Positions 48,618 to 57,679 of a stretch of 64,000 nucleotides of DNA are shown here, in pieces. A program made the translations under genes and the position numbers. The notes under the pieces were generated by a model that saw nothing but the letters and a program-made list of their open reading frames with translations, was not told the origin of the DNA and did no database searches. Where the stretch lies: NCBI GenBank assembly GCA_963664405.1, contig OY761158.1, forward strand, positions 6,272,001 to 6,336,000. Direction: 5' to 3'. This DNA is from Thermoanaerobaculia bacterium. Lineage in GTDB: Bacteria; Acidobacteriota; Thermoanaerobaculia; Multivoradales; Multivoraceae. Each line of letters begins with the position of its first letter. Positions within the stretch are counted from its first letter, which is position 1.

Positions 48618-50441
48618 TTGGGAGGGGAGTCGATGAGAAGAGTCCGCATTGCCGCGCTGACGATCAGCGCATTGGCTGCCACCTATGCAGGTGCGGAGCG
48701 AAACGCCTACTTCGGCGATCTACACATCCATACGCAGTTTTCGATGGACGCGTTCACCTTCGGCACCCGCTCGACACCCGACGACGCCTACCGCTATGCC
48801 CGCGGCGAAGCCATCAAACACCCCGGCGGCTTCGATATCCAGCTCGATCGCCCGCTCGATTTCTACGCCGTCACCGACCACGGTTACTTTCTCGGCAGAT
48901 GGGTGGCGATGACGGATCCTGATCATCCGCTCCACAATGACCCCGAAGCCCGTCCCTATCTCGATTCGCACACCGGAACCCTCCTCACCGGGCGAGGTCT
49001 GAGTCCCGCTACCGCCAGGGCGTATCTCCAGGCCCATCCCGACCCGGGTGCCTCCCGCCCGGCCTGGAGGGAGACCATCGCTTCGGCGGAGAGAAACTAC
49101 GAGCCGGGCAAGCTGACGACGTTCATCGGCTATGAATTTACGTCATCGCACCCCGACGGCGGAAATCAACATCGCAACGTCATTTTCCGCGGCTCGAAAG
49201 CGCCAGATCTGCCTTTCACTCGACTCGACTCGCCGAACCCGGAGGATCTCTGGGATTGGCTCGATGGCTTGCGAGCGCAGGGCATCGAAGCGCTGGCGAT
49301 TCCTCACAACTCGAACCAGAGCGCCGGCCATAAGTTCGCGCTCCAGCAGGAGTCGGGCGAGCCCTTCGACGCGGCGTACGCCCGGATGCGGATGCGCAAT
49401 GAGCCACTCGTCGAGGTGACACAGATCAAGGGCACCTCGGAGACAAACCCCTTGCTCTCTCCCAACGACGAGTGGGCCGAGTTCGGGATCGAGTACATTG
49501 CCGGCGAGAGCTCGAACCTAGAGAAGGTACGTGGCAGCTATGTACGCGACGCCTACCTGGCCGGTCTCGGGTTCGAGGAGAACGAGGGCTTCAACCCCTA
49601 CCGCTTCGGGATGATCGGCTCGAGCGACGGCCATAACGCGGGCTCGGCCTTCGAGGAGTCGAAATTCTTCAGCAAGCGCGGGCTCTACGATGGCAAACCG
49701 GAGCAGCGCGGGTCGGTTCCCCCGGGGGGTGCGAAGACCTGGGATGACGCCGCATTAACCCGGGGAGGCTTTGCCAGGTTTGCGACCTGGGGCGCCTCCG
49801 GCTTGGCCGGGGTATGGGCCGAGGAGAACACGCGCGAATCGATCTACGACGCCCTCCGCCGCAAAGAGACCTTCGCCACCACCGGACCGCGCATCCGAGT
49901 GCGCTTCTTCGGCAGCTATGAGTTCGGCGACGATGCGCTCGAGAGCAGCGATCTCATGGCCAAGGCCTACGAGCACGGTGTGCCGATGGGCGCCGACCTC
50001 CCAGCTCGGCGGCGTGGCGCGCCGCAATTCCTCGTTTGGGCGGTGCAGGACCCCGAGTCCGCCAAGCTCCAGCGTGTGCAGGTGATCAAGGGCTGGATCG
50101 AGAACGGCGAGTCGAAGGAGCGGGTCTACGATGTCGCCTGCTCGGACGGTCTCGAGGTCGACCCCACAACCCATCGCTGCCCTGAGAACGGCGCCGAGGT
50201 GAATCTCGCCGACTGCAGTGTCAGCGCCGACGTCGGTTCAGCGCAGCTCAGAACACTGTGGACCGATCCTGAGTTCGACCGAGGGCAACGTGCTTTCTAC
50301 TACGTGCGCGCCTTGGAGAATCCAACTTGCCGCTGGTCCACCTGGGATGCACTGCGTGCGGGCACGCCGCCTCGACCCGGTCTTGCGCTAACCCTTCAGG
50401 AGCGCGCCTATTCGTCTCCCATTTGGTTGATACCGCGATAG
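48618..50441 (+). CDS. Exported DUF3604 family protein (PHP-like metallohydrolase)
   Basis: YFGDLHIHT.FS.DA, PLDFYAVTDH, HRNVIFR, IPHNSN, QIKGTSE, QERAYSSPIW; start probably ATG 48633. Confidence 0.88.
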   Translation: MGGESMRRVRIAALTISALAATYAGAERNAYFGDLHIHTQFSMDAFTFGTRSTPDDAYRYARGEAIKHPGGFDIQLDRPLDFYAVTDHGYFLGRWVAMTDPDHPLHNDPEARPYLDSHTGTLLTGRGLSPATARAYLQAHPDPGASRPAWRETIASAERNYEPGKLTTFIGYEFTSSHPDGGNQHRNVIFRGSKAPDLPFTRLDSPNPEDLWDWLDGLRAQGIEALAIPHNSNQSAGHKFALQQESGEPFDAAYARMRMRNEPLVEVTQIKGTSETNPLLSPNDEWAEFGIEYIAGESSNLEKVRGSYVRDAYLAGLGFEENEGFNPYRFGMIGSSDGHNAGSAFEESKFFSKRGLYDGKPEQRGSVPPGGAKTWDDAALTRGGFARFATWGASGLAGVWAEENTRESIYDALRRKETFATTGPRIRVRFFGSYEFGDDALESSDLMAKAYEHGVPMGADLPARRRGAPQFLVWAVQDPESAKLQRVQVIKGWIENGESKERVYDVACSDGLEVDPTTHRCPENGAEVNLADCSVSADVGSAQLRTLWTDPEFDRGQRAFYYVRALENPTCRWSTWDALRAGTPPRPGLALTLQERAYSSPIWLIPR

Positions 50442-50520
50442 GCACAGAGCGGGTGGGACGCTGCTAACGCTAATCCGGATTTGCAAGCAGAGGGCCGGTC
50501 AACTGGTACGCGTCACCGCG

Positions 50521-52551
50521 TTGAGCGTGTTCGTGATCAGCCCGTCACACGACGACGTGTCGGCGCAAGGGCAAGCTGCGCCACGCAACGCGGTCTCGAC
50601 GGGAGAGCTCTTGATCGAGCCGCCGACGCTGATCAACCTCGGCTTCGAATGGTTCATCCAGGGCGACGACAACCGGAACGCCATGGTGGAGGTCTGGTAT
50701 CGCGAGCAGGGCGAGACGAGTTGGTCGTCGGCGCTCCCACTCCTGCGCCTCCAAGGTGAGCGGATCTCCCAGGGAGCGCTGTTCGACGTCGTCGCTCCGA
50801 ACATGTTCGCCGGGAGCATCCTCGATTTGGAGCCTGACACGGACTATCAGGCGCGGTTCGTGATGACCGATCCTGATGGCGTGATCGGGGAGGCCAGCAA
50901 AACCGTGACCGTGCGGACGCGTGCCGAGCCGGTCCCCTCCGAGGAGGGGAGGGTGTTTCACGTCTATCCCCGTGGTTTCGAGGGTACCAGGCTCGAGCCG
51001 TCATTCGCGGGGCTGATGTGCGCGTACAACTCCTCATGTGGTGGCGGGGACGGCGCCACGGCTGGGCGTCCGCGGGTGCGCCCGGGCGACATCGTCCTCG
51101 TGCACGCCGGCCTCTACAAGAACAACCGCTACGAGTACGGCCAAGCCGGTGGCACGTTCCCGTACGAGGGCACGTATTTCCTGACCGCCGACGGCACGCC
51201 TGCGAGGCCGATTGCCATCAAAGCCGCCGGTGACGGCGAAGTCATCTTCGACGGCGACGGCGGCTTCGCCCTCTTCAACGTCATGGCGGCCGACTATACC
51301 TACTTCGAGGGCATCACGTTTCGTAACACGGAGTTCGCCATCTGGGCCGGCCAGCAGCTCATCGCGGGGGCGAAGGGGCTCTCCGTCAAGCACTCCCGTT
51401 TCGAGGATGTGGGGGCCGGTGTCTTCACCAACTATTCGGGCTCGAGCGGCTTCTACATCGCCGACAACTGGTTCTACGGCCGCAACAACCCAGAGCGCCT
51501 GATCGGCTGGTCCGACGCGCAGCTCTGGGGGCAGTTTGACGGCATCGCCGGTCAGGTCCATCCCCCCGTCATGGCCTCCTACGTGGCGGTGAAGCTCTAC
51601 GGACCCGGGCACGTCGTGGCCTACAACTACATCGCGGACTTCCACGACGGGATCGATGTGGAGACCTACGGAAATCCCGACGGAATCGTCGCGACCGGAC
51701 CGGGGGAGCCCGAGGGTCCCAAGTATCCGCCGCGGGAGTACTGGGACCGGCGCCCGGTCGCGATCGACTTCTACAACAACTACATCACCAACTCCCACGA
51801 CAACCCGATCGAGACCGACGGGAGTATGCACAACGTGCGGGTGCTCCGGAACATGTTCATCAACCACGCCTCGCACGCGTTCTGCAGTCAACCGGTCCTC
51901 GGAGGACCCGTCTACTGGATTCGGAACATCGCCTACAACCTCCCTGGCGGCTCGAGCCGTTTCTTTGGCGCCTCCGGCGTTGTGTTCTACAACAACACCA
52001 TCCTGTCTGAGACGACCGGGACGGTGCAGAACACACATTGGCGGAACAATCTGATTCTGGGGCAGAACGCGCCATCCGACTTTCGACGGCAGCGTTCGAA
52101 TCTGTTCGGGATCACGACGTTCACGAACTACACCTCGTCGGACTACAACGGCTTCGGCCCCGCGCCCGACACCAGGATGCCGTTTCGATGGGAGAGTCCG
52201 CCGTTCGACGTGGTCGCCGATTTCCGGACCCCGAATCACACCCCGGCGCTCGAGTTGCGGGAGTTCGCGACGCTCGAGGAATACAGCGAGGCGACCGGAC
52301 AGGACCGGAACAGTGTCCAAGTGGGATACGACGTGTTCATGAACGTGCCCCGACTCGATGCCCGGAAGGTGAGCACGCTCCAGAACCTCTACGATGCGGA
52401 GGATCTCGATTTTCGGTTGAGATCAGGCTCGGCTGCCGTCGACCGGGGGATGGTGCTGCCGTCGGTGACCGATGGCTTCACAGGGAGCGCGCCCGACCTC
52501 GGGGCGTTGGAGGTCGGTGGCGCCGCACCGCACTACGGGCCTCGCGATTAG
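50521..52551 (+). CDS. Right-handed parallel beta-helix (pectin lyase-like) protein with N-terminal fibronectin-like domain; start uncertain
   Basis: PGD.VLVHAGLY, Asn-ladder repeats, DFRL..GS.AVDRG, APDLGALE.G..P.YGPR tail. Confidence 0.75.
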   Translation: MSVFVISPSHDDVSAQGQAAPRNAVSTGELLIEPPTLINLGFEWFIQGDDNRNAMVEVWYREQGETSWSSALPLLRLQGERISQGALFDVVAPNMFAGSILDLEPDTDYQARFVMTDPDGVIGEASKTVTVRTRAEPVPSEEGRVFHVYPRGFEGTRLEPSFAGLMCAYNSSCGGGDGATAGRPRVRPGDIVLVHAGLYKNNRYEYGQAGGTFPYEGTYFLTADGTPARPIAIKAAGDGEVIFDGDGGFALFNVMAADYTYFEGITFRNTEFAIWAGQQLIAGAKGLSVKHSRFEDVGAGVFTNYSGSSGFYIADNWFYGRNNPERLIGWSDAQLWGQFDGIAGQVHPPVMASYVAVKLYGPGHVVAYNYIADFHDGIDVETYGNPDGIVATGPGEPEGPKYPPREYWDRRPVAIDFYNNYITNSHDNPIETDGSMHNVRVLRNMFINHASHAFCSQPVLGGPVYWIRNIAYNLPGGSSRFFGASGVVFYNNTILSETTGTVQNTHWRNNLILGQNAPSDFRRQRSNLFGITTFTNYTSSDYNGFGPAPDTRMPFRWESPPFDVVADFRTPNHTPALELREFATLEEYSEATGQDRNSVQVGYDVFMNVPRLDARKVSTLQNLYDAEDLDFRLRSGSAAVDRGMVLPSVTDGFTGSAPDLGALEVGGAAPHYGPRD

Positions 52552-52591
52552 CTCAGAAAAGAGGAGGTCGTCCATGCCTGAGAGAACTGGA

Positions 52592-52636
52592 GGGCAGAAT
52601 GTTCGGCTGGCACCTTGGCAGCCGAAGGCTGCCGGG
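52592..52636. repeat. Left arm of the 45-bp inverted repeat flanking hipBA
   Basis: GGGCAGAATGTTCGGCTGGCACCTTGGCAGCCGAAGGCTGCCGGG; its reverse complement is at 54374-54418 with 1 mismatch. Confidence 0.92.
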
Positions 52637-52720
52637 GGATCTGTTTTGAGGAGCGACGGGCTGCAAGGAGAGCAGAAGAAACAGCAAGTGATCTACAGCT
52701 TCTCTTGAATGTAATTCCCG

Positions 52721-52780
52721 CATAACGAACGATAATTTAGACAAAAACGTACTATACGGACTATAATAGTGGACGTTATG
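52721..52780 (+). promoter_or_regulatory. hipBA promoter/operator
   Basis: TAGACA-18-TATAAT; palindrome ACTAT-A-ATAGT over the -10; CATAACG...CGTTATG inverted pair; AT-rich. Confidence 0.6.
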
Positions 52781-53098
52781 CCAAGGAGACCAACTGCCTC
52801 CCACCCGTCCGTCCAACGACTACTGCGGGAGCTGGGCGAGAACATCAGACTAGCTCGTCTCCGGCGAGGCTTCTCGATGCAGTTGGTCGCCGACCGTGTC
52901 GGTATCTCTCGCATGACTCTCCACTCCATAGAACGAGGGGAGGCCGGAGTAACGCTGGGGAACTACGCCAACGTGCTGCACAGCCTTGGACTCCACGAGG
53001 ATCTCCGACTCCTCGCGCGCGACGATGAGCTGGGTCGCAAACTGCAAGACGCGGAGCTCACAACCTCCAAACGAGCTCGAAAGACTCCTCTGTCGTGA
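52778..53098 (+). CDS. hipB: XRE-family HTH antitoxin (HipB-like)
   Basis: LGENIRLARLRR...VADRVGISR.TL..IERG; GTGA overlap with hipA. Confidence 0.85.
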   Translation: MPRRPTASHPSVQRLLRELGENIRLARLRRGFSMQLVADRVGISRMTLHSIERGEAGVTLGNYANVLHSLGLHEDLRLLARDDELGRKLQDAELTTSKRARKTPLS

Positions 53099-54363
53099 GC
53101 CATCAGCGGCTCATCGAGGTGTGGGCGGACTGGGAAGGGCTGGCCGAGCCCACGCTCATGGGCCGCCTTCTTGCGACGCTTTCTCGCGGCAAGGAGATCT
53201 TCTCATTCGACTACGACAAGGAGTGGCTCGGCAGCGCGCAGCGAGCGCAGCTCGATCCCACTCTGGCACTCTACGCGGGACCCCAGTACCCGTCATCGGG
53301 CCAGGGCAACTTCGGCGTCTTCCTCGACTCATGCCCAGACCGATGGGGAAGAGTGCTGATGCTCCGCCGGGAAGCGCAACTTGCGCGCGAGGAAGGCCGG
53401 GAAGAGAGAAGATTGCTCGAATCCGACTACCTGCTAGGGGTGCACGACCGTCATCGCATGGGTGCTCTTCGATTCCGCGTCGAGGATCGCTTCCTCGACG
53501 ACAATGCCGAGCTAGCGTCGCCCCCTTGGACATCCCTCAGAGAACTCGAGCACGCGAGCCTGCAGCTCGAGCGAGAGGACGCAGCGCAATACGCCGACTA
53601 CAGTCGATGGCTACGCATGCTCATCGCGCCCGGCGGCTCTCTAGGCGGAGCTCGGCCAAAAGCCAGCGTCCTCGACGAGCAAGGTCATCTTTGGATAGCG
53701 AAGTTCCCGAGCCAACGCGACGACGAGGACATCGGCGCGTGGGAGAGCGTAATCCATGAGCTTGCCACCCACGCTGGTGTCTCCGTGCCTAAAACCCAAC
53801 TTCGTCGCTTCGGTTCGAGGGAGCATACGTTCCTGAGCAGACGGTTTGATCGGACGCGCGGGGGCAGACGTCTTCACTTCGCGTCGGCTATGACGCTGCT
53901 TGAAAGGCGGGAGGGTGACGACGCGCGCGACGGTGCCAGCTACCTCGAGCTCGCCGACCTGTTGATACGGAGGGGCGCTCGGACCGCCGCCGACCTTGAA
54001 GAGTTATGGCGACGGATCGTCTTCTTCGCGTGCGTTTCCAACACCGACGACCATCTACGCAATCACGGCTTCCTGCTCACTCCGACCGGCTGGACCCTAG
54101 CCCCGGCCTACGACATGAATCCAGACCCATATGGCGAAGGGTTGAGCCTCAATATTTCCGAGTCGGACAACGCCCAGGATCTGCAACTGGTTCTCGACGT
54201 GGCATCTGCATACCGAGTGAAGGCACAGCACGCGAAGAGAATCGTCGGAGAAGTGGTCGCCGCCGTAGGTCGCTGGCGACGAGTCGCCGACAACCTTGGA
54301 CTCTCAAGTGACGCACATGATCGTATGCGCCGGGCCTTTCGGGTCGCCGACAACGCGTTGTAG
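53095..54363 (+). CDS. hipA: HipA family toxin kinase
   Basis: SLGGARPKA, WIAKFP, RFDR, NTDDHLRNHGF, LAPAYD. Confidence 0.95.
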   Translation: MSHQRLIEVWADWEGLAEPTLMGRLLATLSRGKEIFSFDYDKEWLGSAQRAQLDPTLALYAGPQYPSSGQGNFGVFLDSCPDRWGRVLMLRREAQLAREEGREERRLLESDYLLGVHDRHRMGALRFRVEDRFLDDNAELASPPWTSLRELEHASLQLEREDAAQYADYSRWLRMLIAPGGSLGGARPKASVLDEQGHLWIAKFPSQRDDEDIGAWESVIHELATHAGVSVPKTQLRRFGSREHTFLSRRFDRTRGGRRLHFASAMTLLERREGDDARDGASYLELADLLIRRGARTAADLEELWRRIVFFACVSNTDDHLRNHGFLLTPTGWTLAPAYDMNPDPYGEGLSLNISESDNAQDLQLVLDVASAYRVKAQHAKRIVGEVVAAVGRWRRVADNLGLSSDAHDRMRRAFRVADNAL

Positions 54364-54373
54364 CTGGAGAAGA

Positions 54374-54418
54374 CCCGGCAGCCTACGGCTGCCAAGGTGC
54401 CAGCCGAACATTCTGCCC
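54374..54418. repeat. Right arm of the 45-bp inverted repeat flanking hipBA
   Basis: CCCGGCAGCCTACGGCTGCCAAGGTGCCAGCCGAACATTCTGCCC. Confidence 0.92.
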
Positions 54419-54440
54419 GCACCTTCGACAGCGGCGGAAG

Positions 54441-55095
54441 GGTACTGTCAACTTGAGCCTAGGGCTGCCAGAGTCGGCTCATGGACAACAGCGCATCCAG
54501 CTACCGAGGCCATCGCTTCCCAGCCGAGATCATCGGTCATGCCGTCTGGCTGTATCACCGGTTCTGCCTGAGCTTCCGAGACGTCGAGGATCTCCTGGCA
54601 GAGCGCGGCATCACCGTCTCATACGAGACGATCCGTCAGTGGTGCAGGAAGTTCGGTGGTGAGTACGCGCGCACGCTGAAGCGCCGACAAGGCCGCCTCG
54701 GCGATACCTGGTACCTCGACGAGCTCTTCGTGACCATCCAGGGCAGGCGCAAGTATCTCTGGCGTGCCGTCGATCAGGACGGCGATGTGATCGACATCCT
54801 CGTGCAGCCACGCCGAGATCGAAAAGCAGCAGAACGCTTCTTCCGCGCGCTATTGAAGGGCCAAGGGGCAGAGCCGCTTCAAGTCACCCGGCCAAGCGCA
54901 GCGATTCCTCTCCGCTCACGCGGCCATCCAGAACCTGTTCCGCGTTGGACGGCACCTCGTCAACTCTGCCAACCACCGAACGCTCCGAGATCGCTCGTTC
55001 AGCGTGTGGCGGCAGGTGACGTGTGCCTGCTGAACTCGGAATGAACCGGCGATCGCGGTACAGAATCGCCTCTGCAGATCTAAGTTGACAGTGCC
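54441..55095 (+). mobile_element. IS6-family element with a deleted, frameshifted transposase (pseudogene from 54481)
   Basis: IRs GGTACTGTCAACTT / AAGTTGACAGTGCC; YRGHRFPAEII, WYLDE, LWRAVDQDG; near 54880 the sequence jumps to FKSPGQAQRFLSAH in another frame. Confidence 0.9.
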
Positions 55096-55124
55096 CTCTG
55101 CAGACACAGGCAGACGCAATTGCT

Positions 55125-55166
55125 TGATGCAACTGCTTGACCCTTGTAGTCCCCATGCGCTAGGTT
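55125..55166 (+). promoter_or_regulatory. Promoter/operator, copy 2
   Basis: TGATGC-AACT-GCTTGA overlapping TTGACC, 18 bp, then TAGGTT. Confidence 0.55.
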
Positions 55167-55212
55167 GGAGCTCTCCCGAGCGGTCCCGTTTGAAACTACT
55201 GAGAATCCGAGG

Positions 55213-56514
55213 ATGAAAATTATGCGTTGCACAAATCTACTGTTTGCGGCGATGGCCGCTTTGTTGTTTTCAGCTGTCGCCAGCGCTCAGGAACAAGCGC
55301 CGTCACCGGATCAGGCTCCGATGATCCTCTCTTCGTTAGACACAGACGGCGACAAGAAGATTAGCGAGAGCGAAGCACAGGGTGGATTGAAGCAGAACTT
55401 TGCTCGCATCGACGGCAACGGCGACGGCGGGATCGACATCGAAGAGCTCACGACGATGCTCGAGATCGTAGCGGTACAGCGCGGTGGAGGCAGTTCTGCT
55501 GCTGCCACGAACGACTCGGCCTCGGATCCCACGCCCTCTTTCTCGCCTGTCTTCGACGCTCCTGCCTTCGATGCCTTGACGAAAAAAATCGAAGCACTCG
55601 ATACGTCGGGAAAACTCAGCAAAGCCGAGTCGATGCAGCTCTACCAAATGATGGCCAGTGCGATTGTCGAAGAGCAGACTCGCTTCTTTTCGGTCCGGCA
55701 AAACACGGTTCACGATTATCAGCGTCATATCTATGGACCCGATACTCTGCATGTCGTGACGGCGTTGAAATTAGGTACTGACGCCGAACTGATCAATACG
55801 ATGAAAGAGTACCTTCGCGTCGTCGAGGATCTTGGCGGCGAGGTCGTTTACATCGGCAAGTCGGTGAAGAACATGGGACTCGCGTCAAAGCAGCTTGCCG
55901 AGAGCCAGTGGGATGTGTTTGCCGTAATCCAGTTCGATGGCCGTCAGCAGTGGAATGAGCTGACCGCAAAAGGCGACTACAAGCAGATGCTCGCGTCGTT
56001 TGACGCAACCTATTCGATTGGCCTGGATCGCGACCCGCTCGAGAATTTCAGGATGCCGGCAAACCTGCTGTCGATGCGGATTCAACAATCGCTGAACAAC
56101 GATCCAAAGCGGCTTCCGTTCAAGCGGGTACCGGACGGATCGCCCGCCGCGAAACAACGGGAGCAGCAACTCACGCAGATGGTCGCTGACCATGAGGTCT
56201 ACAGCACCGACGCGATCGTGAACGTGAACTTCGTGAAATACGGCGATTCGGAACAGGCAGACGCGAATACGTCATACGGCAATGAGATGAGCAACCTGTA
56301 TGCCGAAGGCGGCCATGGCCCGGTGCACATGGGCAAAGCGATCAAGTTGGAAGGAGACGCGGAATTCGATCTGGTCGGCTTGGTCTACTACCCTGGACTG
56401 CAGTACTTCGCGGACATGGTGCAGAGCACGTTCTATACCGGCATTTACTCCAATAAGCAGCTGGGTGACACCCTGGTCTCGATAACTGTGCCGATCTTGC
56501 AGTTACTGCAATGA
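55213..56514 (+). CDS. Exported protein with EF-hand pair and two degenerate DUF1330-like domains
   Basis: Signal peptide (ASA-Q), DTDGDKKISESE and DGNGDGGIDIEE loops, WDVFAVIQF and FDLVGLVYYP...FADM..S motifs; lower GC than flanks. Confidence 0.7.
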   Translation: MKIMRCTNLLFAAMAALLFSAVASAQEQAPSPDQAPMILSSLDTDGDKKISESEAQGGLKQNFARIDGNGDGGIDIEELTTMLEIVAVQRGGGSSAAATNDSASDPTPSFSPVFDAPAFDALTKKIEALDTSGKLSKAESMQLYQMMASAIVEEQTRFFSVRQNTVHDYQRHIYGPDTLHVVTALKLGTDAELINTMKEYLRVVEDLGGEVVYIGKSVKNMGLASKQLAESQWDVFAVIQFDGRQQWNELTAKGDYKQMLASFDATYSIGLDRDPLENFRMPANLLSMRIQQSLNNDPKRLPFKRVPDGSPAAKQREQQLTQMVADHEVYSTDAIVNVNFVKYGDSEQADANTSYGNEMSNLYAEGGHGPVHMGKAIKLEGDAEFDLVGLVYYPGLQYFADMVQSTFYTGIYSNKQLGDTLVSITVPILQLLQ

Positions 56515-56627
56515 AGGGAAGCCAGAACCATATGAAACTACTCGAGCAGCTGTTGAACCTCCCTTACCCGCGCGGCGAAGACAAGGGGGCCGGACTACCG
56601 TGACCACCCGCCGTCCTCCCTCCGGCC

Positions 56628-56651
56628 GGCAAGGTGCCACCCGAACATTTT
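56628..56651. repeat. Dispersed partial copy of the GGTGCCA(G/C)CCGAA repeat
   Basis: GGCAAGGTGCCACCCGAACATTTT matches the core of the 54374-54418 arm. Confidence 0.7.
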
Positions 56652-56766
56652 CGAGAGGGCGGAGAACCCGAAGAAGAGTTGACAACAACGGTCCCCTTCG
56701 GCGGGCCGGGATGCCACCCTGGCTTGGATCTCAGGGCATAATGCCACTGGAAGGAAGGTATCAGCG

Positions 56767-57576
56767 ATGAGCGATGAGTCGAGCCTGACCGGCTGGCGGA
56801 GTGGATTCGAGGAATGGGTGGAGTACGCCCAGCCGATGATGCGGGAAGGCCGCGGCAAGGAGGCCTTTCACAAGTACCCTTGGTTCACGACGGAGGGTGA
56901 TCCTTTCACTCGCCTCCAGAAGCCGGCATCAACGACCCGCTTTGGATTGCTGACGACCGGTGGCTACTCGATCGAAGGCGAGCAGGAGCCGATGCGCCCC
57001 CACCCCGCCTTCGGTGATGAGATCCCGCAGATCCGGCGGATACCCCTCGACGTCGATCGCTCCAAGCTACGGATCGACCACCGCGGATACGACCACCGTT
57101 TCGCGGAAGAGGACTTCAACGCCAATCTGCCGCTCGACCGGCTGGCAGAGCTGGTTGAGGACGGGACACTGGGCTCGCTGATGACGGAGACGCTCGTACT
57201 GATGGGATTGCAGCCGAACGTGGCGCCGCTCATCCGGGAGACGATTCCGGAGATCGTGGCATCTTTCAAGGCCGGTGGTGTTGAGGCGGCACTACTCGTT
57301 CCTTCGTGACCGGTCTGCCATCAGACCGTGAGTCTGATCGCAAGAGGGCTCGAGGACGCTGGAATCCCCACCGCACTTGTCAGCGTCATGCCAGGCCTGA
57401 GCAGCCCTAGCCGACCTCCTCGGCAGGTCGTTCGTCGGTTGAACATCGGCGCGACGGTGGGGCGACCGCACGACGTCGAGGGGCAGCGCTCGACCCTGAC
57501 CAGAATGGTCGCCATCATCGAGAACGCCGAAGCGTTCGGCGCCGTCGACAAGGACGAGAAGCCGAAGACCGCGTAG
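56767..57576 (+). CDS. Glycine/sarcosine/betaine/D-proline reductase selenoprotein B family (PrdB/GrdB-like), U-P-V-C
   Basis: Track ORFs 56767..57309 and 57328..57576 are in frame; the TGA at 57307 reads LLVPS-U-PVCHQTVSLIAR.LE.AGIPT; H.GYD...A..D.N...PLDRL.EL..DG family motif; hairpin ATCAGAC-CGTGA-GTCTGAT at 57320-57338. Confidence 0.92.
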
Positions 57577-57594
57577 CGCTCCTGTCTCTATCCC

Positions 57595-57634
57595 TGATGC
57601 AATTCTTGACCGCCTACCTGTGTCGGACTAGGCT
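57595..57634 (+). promoter_or_regulatory. Promoter/operator, copy 3 (1-bp shorter variant)
   Basis: TGATGCAATTCTTGA overlapping TTGACC, 17 bp, then TAGGCT. Confidence 0.5.
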
Positions 57635-57679
57635 GGCGGTCGAGACGAATCCAGCACACAGAATGAGAGGTACTCGACT

